A DNA stretch of 64,000 nt, from contig CBDCFW010000006.1 of the NCBI GenBank assembly GCA_965216465.1, positions 710,440 through 774,439 on the forward strand. Direction: 5' to 3'. Below, piece after piece: positions 40,669-49,375 of this stretch; the stretch's first letter is position 1, and the number at the start of each line of letters is the position of its first letter. Origin of the DNA: Bacteroidia bacterium (GTDB lineage: Bacteria > Bacteroidota > Bacteroidia > NS11-12g > UBA9320). The notes beneath the pieces are model-generated. The model was not told the DNA's origin and searched no databases. It saw only the letters and a program-made list of their open reading frames with translations. The position numbers were made by a program, and so were the translations under genes.

Positions 40669-43632
40669 ATGTTTGTTAATACGCACACTTACTACAGTTT
40701 CAAGTATGGAACCATGTCGCCCAAAGAGCTTTTGGAAGAGGCAGAAACTCACGAAGTTCAGCAGCTCGCTCTCACCGATATTAATAGCACTTCTGGTTCG
40801 CTGTACTTTGCTATGGATGCTCAAAGCCGAGGCATTCAACTTGTTCTGGGCGTTGATTTTAGAATAGGTGCCGAGCAAAAGTTCATTGCCATCGCTAAAA
40901 ACAATAAAGGGTTTGAGCGTATCAACTTTTTCCTATCGCAAGTATTGGCCAAGAAAAAAAGCTTGGAAAATTTGGCTCCTCCTCTACCCCATGCGTTCAT
41001 TATTTATCCGTTATCCAATGCTCCCCAACAACTAAAAGCAAATGAGTTTATAGGCATCTCCCACCCCGAACTATTCAACTTCAATCGCAAAAACCAAAAC
41101 ACCTGGCCAGCTCATAAATGCATAGCCTTAAATACCGTCACCTTTCGAAACAAAAGAGATTACAACGCCCACCGATTGTTGCGAGCAATCGACAACAACA
41201 CCCTCCTCAGCAAACTAGAAGCCAAAGAACAAGGGCAACCTCATCAAGGGTTTTATACCAAAAGCCAACTTCAAGAGCTTTTTAAAGCGAGTCCGCACCT
41301 TCTGGTTAATACAGAAAAACTCCTTAAGCAATGTTCGCTGTTTTTTGATTTCAACGACAAAACCAAGATTCAAAACAAACATACCTTCACCCAAAACAGC
41401 ACACAAGACCTTAAACTTCTAAAATACCTGGTAAAGGAAGGCTTGATTTATCGCTATGGCAAAAGCATATCAGAAGAAATTAAGCAGCGGGTTAAAAAAG
41501 AACTTTCCGTTATCGTAAAGTGCAACTTCGTGCCGTACTTTTTGATTAACCATGCCATTGTTAAATATGCCCAAAGCAAAGGATATTTTTATGTCGGTCG
41601 AGGAAGTGGTGCAAACAGTCTCGTTGCCTACCTGCTGAAAATTACCAATGTAGATCCTATCGACCTCAATCTCTATTTTGAGCGGTTCATTAACCCCTCT
41701 CGAAAATCTCCTCCTGATTTTGACATCGATTTTTCGTGGAGAGACCGAAACGATGTCACCAAATTTATTTTCGACACCTTCCCTAACACTGCACTTATGG
41801 GGTCATTTGTAACCTTTCAACAACGTTCTGTGATTCGCGAAATTGGCAAGGTGCTTGGGCTTCCTTCTGAAGAAATAAAAAACATTCAACGCACCCGAGA
41901 TTATAACACCTTAGATCATGTTGCTAAACTCTGTGTTTTGTACAGTCAATACATTCATGGATTTCCTAACCACTTAAGTGTGCACTCCAGCGGCATTGTT
42001 ATTACCGAAAAACCCATCCAATATTTTGGAGCTACCAGCCTTCCGCCAAAAGGATTTCCCACCGCCCATTTCGACATGCACATCGCCGAAGATGCAGGTA
42101 TTTACAAATACGATATTTTGGGTCAACGCGGCTTGGGAAAGATCAAAGATGCCATCACAGAAATAAAGCGAAATCAACCCGAAGCCCCTCCTTTCGACAT
42201 CGACGATGTTGCACGATTCAAGAAAGATGAAAAGATTAAAAACTTGCTGCGAAACGGAGATGCCATTGGCTGCTTTTATGTTGAAAGTCCGGCCATGCGA
42301 GCACTGATGAAAAAATTAGAAGTAGACGACTATAAAGGCCTCGTTGCAGCAAGCTCTATTATTCGACCCGGTGTTTCTCACAGCGGTATGATGCAGGAAT
42401 ACATTAAACGCCATCGAAGCCCTGCGGCTCGAGCAGCCACTCATCCTGTTCTGGCCGAAATCTTAGATGATACTTATGGCGTTATGGTGTATCAAGAAGA
42501 CGTGCTCAAAGTGGCGCACTATTTTGCTGGCCTTACTTTAGAGGAGTCAGATATTCTCCGACGAGGTATGAGCTGGAAGTTTCGCGAACGCACAGAGTTT
42601 GCCCAAGTAAGAGACCGGTTCTTTTCAAACTGCAATGCAAAAGGTTATGCCAAAGACTTAACTGCACAAATCTGGAAGCAAATAGAAAGTTTTGCGAACT
42701 ATGCATTTGCCAAAGGACACTCAGCTAGTTATGCTATCGAAAGCTACCAAAGTCTTTTTTTAAAGGCTCACTTCCCGCTAGAATATATGGTAGCTACCAT
42801 TAACAATTTTGGAGGATTCTATCATACCGAACAGTACATTCAAGAAGCTCGGTTAAAAGGGGCAACCATAGAAGCCCCTTGTATCAATCGAAGTCTCATG
42901 ATTACCACCATTTTTGACAAGACCATCTACCTCGGGTTTCAACATGTAAAAGAACTAGAAACTTCTGCCATTAAAACCATTCTAGAAGAGCGAGATTACT
43001 TTGGTACTTTTTTAAGCTTAGATGATTTTATTTCACGGGTAAATGTGAGCCTAGAAATGGTCATTATTCTCATTCGGGTTAACACCTTTCGCTTTACCAA
43101 AAAAACAAAAGGTTTTTTGCTGTGGAAGGCACACTTTCTGCTAGCCGACAACAAGCAAAGTTTTGCTCACCCTAAACTGTTTCAGGATAAGAAGAACACA
43201 AAGAAAGTTCACATTCCAAGACTGGATGCAATCCCTTATGAAGACGCCTACGACGAAATTGAATACTTGGGTTTTCCGCTATGCTCTGCTTTTGACCTTG
43301 TAGATCCTGAAATGCTCAAAAGCAAAATCACCTACAAACAATTTCCTGAATTACTCAATAAAACCATTACCATCATCGGCTACCTCGTGCACACCAAAAG
43401 AACAAAAACCAAAGGCAAAATAGAACAAGAAATGGCCTTTGGAACCTTCATGGATTTAGACGGCCAATTCTTTGATAGTGTTCATTTTCCGAGACCCCTC
43501 AAACAGTACCCTTTTCGAGGCAAGGGCTGCTATTTGTTGAGAGGCAAAGTAACTGAAGATTTTGGCCACTATTCTCTCGAATCTATTTACATGGTAAAAG
43601 TGCCTTTTGATAAAATTGTGAAACAGCCGTAA
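40669..43632 (+). CDS. dnaE2: Error-prone DNA polymerase III alpha-like subunit (DnaE2-like)
   Basis: PHP domain N-terminus (NTHTYYSFKYGTMSPKELLEEA); pol III alpha core (ANYAFAKGHSASYA); 987 aa, shorter than replicative DnaE; starts 4 nt after the Y-family polymerase stop. Confidence 0.7.
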   Translation: MFVNTHTYYSFKYGTMSPKELLEEAETHEVQQLALTDINSTSGSLYFAMDAQSRGIQLVLGVDFRIGAEQKFIAIAKNNKGFERINFFLSQVLAKKKSLENLAPPLPHAFIIYPLSNAPQQLKANEFIGISHPELFNFNRKNQNTWPAHKCIALNTVTFRNKRDYNAHRLLRAIDNNTLLSKLEAKEQGQPHQGFYTKSQLQELFKASPHLLVNTEKLLKQCSLFFDFNDKTKIQNKHTFTQNSTQDLKLLKYLVKEGLIYRYGKSISEEIKQRVKKELSVIVKCNFVPYFLINHAIVKYAQSKGYFYVGRGSGANSLVAYLLKITNVDPIDLNLYFERFINPSRKSPPDFDIDFSWRDRNDVTKFIFDTFPNTALMGSFVTFQQRSVIREIGKVLGLPSEEIKNIQRTRDYNTLDHVAKLCVLYSQYIHGFPNHLSVHSSGIVITEKPIQYFGATSLPPKGFPTAHFDMHIAEDAGIYKYDILGQRGLGKIKDAITEIKRNQPEAPPFDIDDVARFKKDEKIKNLLRNGDAIGCFYVESPAMRALMKKLEVDDYKGLVAASSIIRPGVSHSGMMQEYIKRHRSPAARAATHPVLAEILDDTYGVMVYQEDVLKVAHYFAGLTLEESDILRRGMSWKFRERTEFAQVRDRFFSNCNAKGYAKDLTAQIWKQIESFANYAFAKGHSASYAIESYQSLFLKAHFPLEYMVATINNFGGFYHTEQYIQEARLKGATIEAPCINRSLMITTIFDKTIYLGFQHVKELETSAIKTILEERDYFGTFLSLDDFISRVNVSLEMVIILIRVNTFRFTKKTKGFLLWKAHFLLADNKQSFAHPKLFQDKKNTKKVHIPRLDAIPYEDAYDEIEYLGFPLCSAFDLVDPEMLKSKITYKQFPELLNKTITIIGYLVHTKRTKTKGKIEQEMAFGTFMDLDGQFFDSVHFPRPLKQYPFRGKGCYLLRGKVTEDFGHYSLESIYMVKVPFDKIVKQP

Positions 43633-43658
43633 GTCATTGAATACAATTGGATTTAAAG

Positions 43659-44555
43659 ATGCATCTTTGCACCTTGTTTAAATCAGCCTTCATAACGATA
43701 CTTGGATTGCCCAATGCTGGTAAATCAACATTTCTAAATGCTGTTTTGGAAGAGAATTTGGTCATCACAAATCCCAAAGCTCAAACTACACGACACCGCA
43801 TCAAAGGAATATTGAATAACGATAACTATCAACTGGTTTTTTCCGACACCCCAGGAATAATTCAAGATGCAGCCTACAAGCTTCAAGATGCTATGATGGG
43901 TGCAGTAAACGAATCGCTAGAAGATGCTGATATTGTGCTCCTTGTATTAGACGGTCAGTATCCAAAAGCAGAGCAGTTTAAACCAATACTTGAGCAAGTA
44001 AGCTGCCCAATAGTTATTGCCTTAAACAAGATTGACTTGGTACAGGATCAGGAAAAAATTAACGATACAATCAACGAAGTAAAAAGCATTATAGCTACAG
44101 AGCATGTTTACGCAATGAGTGCCAAAGAAAAATTCAATGTAGATGCTCTAGTTGATGCGTTAGTTGGATTAGCCAGTGAACATCCACCTTACTACGACCC
44201 TGAAATTCTAACCGACGAAAACGTTCGGTTTTTGGTCAGCGAAATGGTACGTGAACAAATACTTTCTCAATACAAAAAAGAAGTTCCTTATTCTTCGGAG
44301 GTAACGGTAACTGACTATAAAGAAGACAAAGACATTGATCGTATCTATGCGACCATATATGTTGAACGCGATTCACAAAAATCAATTCTACTCGGTAAAG
44401 GAGGTGCTTCAATCAAGAAACTGGGAATAGCGGCTCGAAAAAGAATTGAAGCATTTATAGATAAAAAAGTTTTTCTATCCTTAACAGTTAAAGTGAGAAA
44501 GGATTGGAGAACGGATGACCAACAATTGAAAAACTTCGGATATTTAAGAAAATAA
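43659..44555 (+). CDS. era: GTPase Era
   Basis: G1 GLPNAGKST, G3 DTPG, G4 NKID, C-terminal KH domain; an alternative start at 43647 is possible. Confidence 0.85.
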   Translation: MHLCTLFKSAFITILGLPNAGKSTFLNAVLEENLVITNPKAQTTRHRIKGILNNDNYQLVFSDTPGIIQDAAYKLQDAMMGAVNESLEDADIVLLVLDGQYPKAEQFKPILEQVSCPIVIALNKIDLVQDQEKINDTINEVKSIIATEHVYAMSAKEKFNVDALVDALVGLASEHPPYYDPEILTDENVRFLVSEMVREQILSQYKKEVPYSSEVTVTDYKEDKDIDRIYATIYVERDSQKSILLGKGGASIKKLGIAARKRIEAFIDKKVFLSLTVKVRKDWRTDDQQLKNFGYLRK

Positions 44556-44556
44556 A

Positions 44557-45861
44557 ATGGCAGGTATAGTAGCAATAGTAGGAAGACCAAACGTAGGCAA
44601 ATCAACTTTGTTCAACCGTTTGATCGGTGAACGAAAAGCCATCGTTGATGACGTTAGTGGAGTAACCCGAGATAGGCATTACGGAAAAAGCGATTGGAAC
44701 GGAAAAGAATTTACCGTTATTGATACCGGAGGTTATGTAGATAGCAGCACCGATATTTTTGAAACCCATATTCGTGAACAAGTTGAGCAAGCTATGGATG
44801 AAGCAGATGTGCTTCTTTTTATGGTGGATGCAACACTTGATCCCAACGACCTTGATTTTGCATTTGCCCAGATTATTCGCAAAAGCAAAAAACCTTACTT
44901 GATGGTGGCCAATAAAGCTGATAACGATGAGCGAATGTTTATGGCAAATTCTTATTATTCAATGGGAGTTGATACCATTTATCCGATCTCTTCTTTATCT
45001 GGAAGTGGTACGGGTGAATTACTAGATGATCTTGTTCCATTGTTACCAGAAGGTGATGTTGAACTAGAAGATAGCATACCAAAAATTGCTTTTGTTGGAA
45101 GACCAAATGCTGGAAAATCTACCTTATGCAATACCCTTTTAGGTGAAGAAAGAAACATCGTTACTGATATTCCGGGTACTACCCGCGACACCTTATTTGT
45201 GAGATATAAAGCATTCAACCACGATTTATATTTGGTGGATACTGCTGGAGTTAGAAAAAAGAGTAAGGTTAGTGAAGACATCGAGTTCTATTCTGTAATG
45301 CGAAGCTTACGGGCTATCGAAAATGTTGATGTCGTTGCTTTGGTTATTGATGCAACCAGAGGGTTAGAATCTCAAGACCTTAATCTTTTTGGACTGGCTC
45401 AAAGAAACGGAAAAGGGATTGTAATTATAGTGAACAAGTGGGATCTTGTTGAAAAAGATACGAAGACGGCTAAAGAGTATGAACAGTTCATCAAATCAAA
45501 AATTGCACCTTTTACAGATGTGCCAATATTGTTTGTATCAGCATTAACCAAAAAGAGAGTGCTCAAAGCCTTGGATGTAATTATGGATGTATACAAATCA
45601 ATGACTACAAAAATTTCTACGTCTAAGCTTAACGACTTCTTTCAACCCATTATTGAAAAGACTCCTCCTCCTTCTATAAAAGGTAAATACATTAAGATTA
45701 AATATGTAACGCAATTGCCTACGGCTTGTCCGTCTTTTGCATTCTTCTGTAACTTGCCCCAATATGTCGCAGAAAACTATAAGCGATTCTTAGAAAATAA
45801 GCTTCGAGAAAGCTATAATTTTAGTGGAATTCCATTACGTATGTACTTCAGAAAGAAATAA
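44557..45861 (+). CDS. der: Ribosome-associated GTPase Der (EngA)
   Basis: Two tandem GTPase domains (GRPNVGKST... and GRPNAGKST...) plus a KH-like C-terminal domain. Confidence 0.9.
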   Translation: MAGIVAIVGRPNVGKSTLFNRLIGERKAIVDDVSGVTRDRHYGKSDWNGKEFTVIDTGGYVDSSTDIFETHIREQVEQAMDEADVLLFMVDATLDPNDLDFAFAQIIRKSKKPYLMVANKADNDERMFMANSYYSMGVDTIYPISSLSGSGTGELLDDLVPLLPEGDVELEDSIPKIAFVGRPNAGKSTLCNTLLGEERNIVTDIPGTTRDTLFVRYKAFNHDLYLVDTAGVRKKSKVSEDIEFYSVMRSLRAIENVDVVALVIDATRGLESQDLNLFGLAQRNGKGIVIIVNKWDLVEKDTKTAKEYEQFIKSKIAPFTDVPILFVSALTKKRVLKALDVIMDVYKSMTTKISTSKLNDFFQPIIEKTPPPSIKGKYIKIKYVTQLPTACPSFAFFCNLPQYVAENYKRFLENKLRESYNFSGIPLRMYFRKK

Positions 45862-45937
45862 TTACGCTTTTTAAACACTTTTTTCTATATTCGCAGCCAT
45901 TTTAAAATTAATTAACATTAAAAATACGCGTAACAAA

Positions 45938-46210
45938 ATGAAAAAAATTATTGCTCTATTTGCTATCGTTTCAGTATTTGGATTTGTTGCTTGCAACAAC
46001 GCTGCTGAAACTGAGGAAGCTGGATCTGCAGAAGCAACAGAAGTTGAAGCTGCTGAGGCAGAAGCTGAAGAAAGTTTATTAGAAGAAGCTGCTGAAGAAG
46101 CAACTGAGGTTATGGAAGAAGCTGCTGAAGAAGCAACTGAAGCTATCGAAGGTGCTGCTGAAGAAGCAACTGAGGCTGTTGAAGAAGCTGCTGAAGAAGC
46201 TGCTCACTAA
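45938..46210 (+). CDS. Small acidic Ala/Glu-rich tandem-repeat lipoprotein
   Basis: Lipobox FGFVAC, then a roughly 75-aa tract of EEAAEEATE(A/V)xEEAAEE repeats. Confidence 0.5.
   Translation: MKKIIALFAIVSVFGFVACNNAAETEEAGSAEATEVEAAEAEAEESLLEEAAEEATEVMEEAAEEATEAIEGAAEEATEAVEEAAEEAAH
46082..46203 (+). repeat. About 3.5 tandem copies of a 33-nt coding repeat (gaagaagctgctgaagaagcaactgag...)
   Basis: Direct tandem repeats seen in the sequence, in frame, encoding the EEAAEEATEx motif. Confidence 0.7.
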
Positions 46211-46238
46211 GCACAATTCTAAAACGAATTAATAAAAA

Positions 46239-46267
46239 GGGTGACCAAAGTGGTCACCCTTTTTTTA
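46239..46267. terminator. Strong bidirectional rho-independent terminator
   Basis: GGGTGACCA-aag-TGGTCACCC perfect 9-bp stem flanked by AAAAA upstream and TTTTTTTATTTTT downstream. Confidence 0.8.
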
Positions 46268-46278
46268 TTTTTGAAATA

Positions 46279-46464
46279 ATGAAGTATCTCACCTACATCC
46301 TATTCTTACTCACTTTTGTTGCTTGCTCGTCAAACGAATCAAACGATGAACAAAGTTTGGAAAATCAAGAAGAAGAAATTCAAGAAGTTAATGATATGAT
46401 AGAATCAGACCAGATGCGTCTTGACTCTATGAAAAAAGTTTTGGGAATAGACTCTACAGACTAA
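46279..46464 (+). CDS. Small acidic lipoprotein (61 aa), hypothetical
   Basis: Lipobox LTFVAC; Glu/Asp/Gln-rich; may be a real small protein or an ORF artefact. Confidence 0.35.
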   Translation: MKYLTYILFLLTFVACSSNESNDEQSLENQEEEIQEVNDMIESDQMRLDSMKKVLGIDSTD

Positions 46465-47471
46465 AGACCTGCGAACTGATCTAAAAATCTTTTATCGTTA
46501 TTAAAAAAGGTTCTTAAATCTTTAACGCCATATTTTAGCATGGCAATTCTGTCAACTCCTAATCCGAATGCAAAACCACTATACTCCTTAGTATCAATTT
46601 TACAATTTTCTAAAACATTCGGGTCAACCATACCGCAACCTAAAATTTCTAACCAGCCTGTTCCTTTAGTTAACCGTTTATCAGATTCTGTTTCCGTACC
46701 TAGGAAAATATCCATTTCTGCACTTGGTTCCGTAAATGGGAAATAAGATGCTCTAAATCTGACCTTAGTATTGGGACCAAAAAATTCTTGGACAAAATTA
46801 TATAGCGTTTGTTTTAGATCTGAGAAAGAAACTCCCTTATCTATATATAAACCCTCAACTTGATGGAAAAAACAGTTTGAGCGGGCTGAAATCGCCTCGT
46901 TTCTGTAAACACGCCCTGGCATGATGCTTCTGATAGGTAATTTTCCTTCTTCCATCAATCTAACCTGCACAGATGAGGTATGTGTACGTAAAGCAATTTC
47001 ATCTTCAACAAAGAAGGTATCTTGCATATCTCGAGCTGGATGATTGGGTGGAAAATTTAAAGCAGAGAAATTATGCCAGTCATCTTCAACCTCAGGTCCA
47101 ACAGAAACTGAAAATCCCAATCGCTCAAAAATTTGAGTCATTTCTTCAATTACAAAATTGATTGGATGACGAGATCCAAGTTCACTATAATATCCTGGTA
47201 AATCTGAATTTACTGAATCGCTATTTTCAGATCCTTCATTCATATCATTTTGAAAACCCTTGAACATCGCTTCGATTTTTCCCTTAGCAATATTCAAATC
47301 TTTACCGAATAGTTTTTTGTCATCAGAACTTAATGACTTGAACTCTTGAAACAATTCATTCACTAATCCTTTTTTGACTAGAAATTTTAACCTGAACTCT
47401 TCTAGCGTCTCTTTTGAGTTAACAGCAAATTGTTCAGCATCTTGAATTAATTGTTCTATTCTCTCTTTCAT
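46461..47471 (-). CDS. pheS: Phenylalanine--tRNA ligase alpha subunit
   Basis: Class II aaRS motifs FFHQVEGL and GFAFGLGVDRIAML; 336 aa. Confidence 0.9.
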   Translation of the reverse strand: MKERIEQLIQDAEQFAVNSKETLEEFRLKFLVKKGLVNELFQEFKSLSSDDKKLFGKDLNIAKGKIEAMFKGFQNDMNEGSENSDSVNSDLPGYYSELGSRHPINFVIEEMTQIFERLGFSVSVGPEVEDDWHNFSALNFPPNHPARDMQDTFFVEDEIALRTHTSSVQVRLMEEGKLPIRSIMPGRVYRNEAISARSNCFFHQVEGLYIDKGVSFSDLKQTLYNFVQEFFGPNTKVRFRASYFPFTEPSAEMDIFLGTETESDKRLTKGTGWLEILGCGMVDPNVLENCKIDTKEYSGFAFGLGVDRIAMLKYGVKDLRTFFNNDKRFLDQFAGL

Positions 47472-47863
47472 TTACACTGCAAAGAAACACAACCGAGATA
47501 AAAGATAAAGAGCTTATTCACCCTTTATTAAAAATAAAAAAGATTAAAAAAATATAATAGTAATTAATATAGTACTGCGTGGATATGGGGTAAATTAAAT
47601 TAGGAAATATGAATGCCAACAATTGGTTAACATTAAAGTGTTATTTAAATAATTTAAAATCAGATTATTAACAATGCTTAGTTAATATGTTCATTCGTAA
47701 TTTAACAGGATAATGTGGATAGATCTGATGTTAATTTCATAACCCATTATTGTGAATTAGGAGTTCATTATATCTCCATAAAGTGAGTAAATTCTAAAAT
47801 TGGATTATTTAGGAAGTTTTATGCTAAAATTCACATACCATGTTATTAACGCTGTGAATAACG

Positions 47864-49375
47864 CTATAAGTCATTAATAGTTAATTCTTTATCCCAGTTT
47901 ACACGCATTTCAAACTGTTCAGAATTAATAATGTGTTCAGCATTGTTATTTAGAAATGGATTTCCGGTGTCCCAGTTGTTATTGTTGTTATCGTCTTTTA
48001 TTAAACTTACTCGGTAACTACCAGGTTGTACATCGTTATACTTTATAGTTTGAGACAGGGTTATAGCACGCTGACTGATTATGGTTTGACCTTGCTTTAA
48101 TTGTACAATATAGCGCGTTGAATCTGGAATATTGACGGTAAGATTTAAACTGGGATTTTCATCTCCTACTGGTATGTAACTCACACTATCGAATCGTGTT
48201 GTATTGCCAAATGGGTCAATAATAAAGCCACTATCAACCGTATATAGAATTGGCTTGGTGAGGTCTACAGCCGTATTTAAGACGATGTTAAAGCTATCAA
48301 ACGCTACAACTTTAAAATTGACTAAACTACTGTCTTGTTCTATTCTAAGTTTTGAAGAATCAACAATCCTAATCCAATTACCTGAAGTTATATAAGTAGT
48401 TTTTCCTTTTGTTTTTATTTTATAATCAACTGATTGTGAATATTTAGGTGTCAATTCAAAATCGTAAGAGGTACTATCTTGCTTAATTTCTAGTAACACA
48501 CTATCTACCCTATTTGAGTTTAGAAGCGTGATGGTATCGAATTGAAATGATGTTGTATACTGCATTGCTTCATTATTAAAGAATACTTGAAGTTGAGCAG
48601 TATCGATGGGTTGTTCAAATGTAAACTGATAAACTCCCGGTGTAGATCCAATTACTAACTTCGGTTTGTTTTCTTTCTTTATACTATATGGAAATACAGT
48701 AAATGTGTCGCGATTACTTAATGTTGTCAATCGAGTGTTCGGCAGTGAAATTAGTTCCTGATCATCGAGTGTAAGATTTTTATTATCATCTTTTATCACA
48801 TATACTTTAAAATCAGCATTTGGAAGGTTTGTGAAATAGAAGTTTCCAGTCTTGTCTGTTTTTGCAAGGTAGTCCGGCTTATCAAACATTACCACACTGT
48901 CATTGTGAGACTCGTATAAATGAACATTACAATCTTCGCAAATTTCACCAGACGGCAATTGAGTTACATAGCCAGAATATTTAAGAGAGTCGATATAATC
49001 ACCTGTAGAAAATATGTATCTATAAGATTCTAGGGGATTTCCTTCGTTATTGTCGGCAATCGCACCATTAAATTGAATGGTATAGGTGGTGTTGGCTTTT
49101 AGCGTATCTTCTAGTTTTATAGTGAGTTGCTTGCCTTTAATCGATATATCAGGATTCTTTTTTTGAGCTGGTGAAATGAGCAGTAATTGACTAGCATTAT
49201 TTGTCTTAATATACTCGTCAAAGGTGAAAACAATGCTTTGGCTTGATGCATTTAATGAAGCACTATCTGGCTTTACGCTTAGCACTTTCGGAGGAGTAAC
49301 ATCTTCATCTCCACCTTCCAGTGGTTTAATGGATGCACATCCAGAAATAATCAATAGAATTAAGATATACCTCAT
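47864..49375 (-). CDS. Ig-like domain lipoprotein, hypothetical
   Basis: Lipobox LIISGC; N-terminal SbsA-type Ig-like segment (PPKVLSVKPDSASLNASSQSIVFTFDEYI); 503 aa. Confidence 0.45.
   Translation of the reverse strand: MRYILILLIISGCASIKPLEGGDEDVTPPKVLSVKPDSASLNASSQSIVFTFDEYIKTNNASQLLLISPAQKKNPDISIKGKQLTIKLEDTLKANTTYTIQFNGAIADNNEGNPLESYRYIFSTGDYIDSLKYSGYVTQLPSGEICEDCNVHLYESHNDSVVMFDKPDYLAKTDKTGNFYFTNLPNADFKVYVIKDDNKNLTLDDQELISLPNTRLTTLSNRDTFTVFPYSIKKENKPKLVIGSTPGVYQFTFEQPIDTAQLQVFFNNEAMQYTTSFQFDTITLLNSNRVDSVLLEIKQDSTSYDFELTPKYSQSVDYKIKTKGKTTYITSGNWIRIVDSSKLRIEQDSSLVNFKVVAFDSFNIVLNTAVDLTKPILYTVDSGFIIDPFGNTTRFDSVSYIPVGDENPSLNLTVNIPDSTRYIVQLKQGQTIISQRAITLSQTIKYNDVQPGSYRVSLIKDDNNNNNWDTGNPFLNNNAEHIINSEQFEMRVNWDKELTINDL

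Noticed and set aside
36509-43640. Classical integrated genomic island at tRNA-fMet
   Set aside because: There is no integrase, no recognisable attL/attR duplication of the tRNA 3' end, and no mobile-element genes. Only a weak compositional and functional argument remains.
46082-46203. Tandem direct repeats considered as a possible CRISPR or minisatellite
   Set aside because: The repeats are contiguous with no spacers, in frame, and inside an ORF with signal peptide and lipobox. They encode an acidic peptide repeat, so this is not a CRISPR array.
47845-47864. Direct repeat ATTAACGCTgtgaATAACGCT as a regulatory site
   Set aside because: It overlaps the stop codon of the 47864-49375 gene and has no dyad symmetry. 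Too short to call on its own, so it is folded into the long-intergenic finding.
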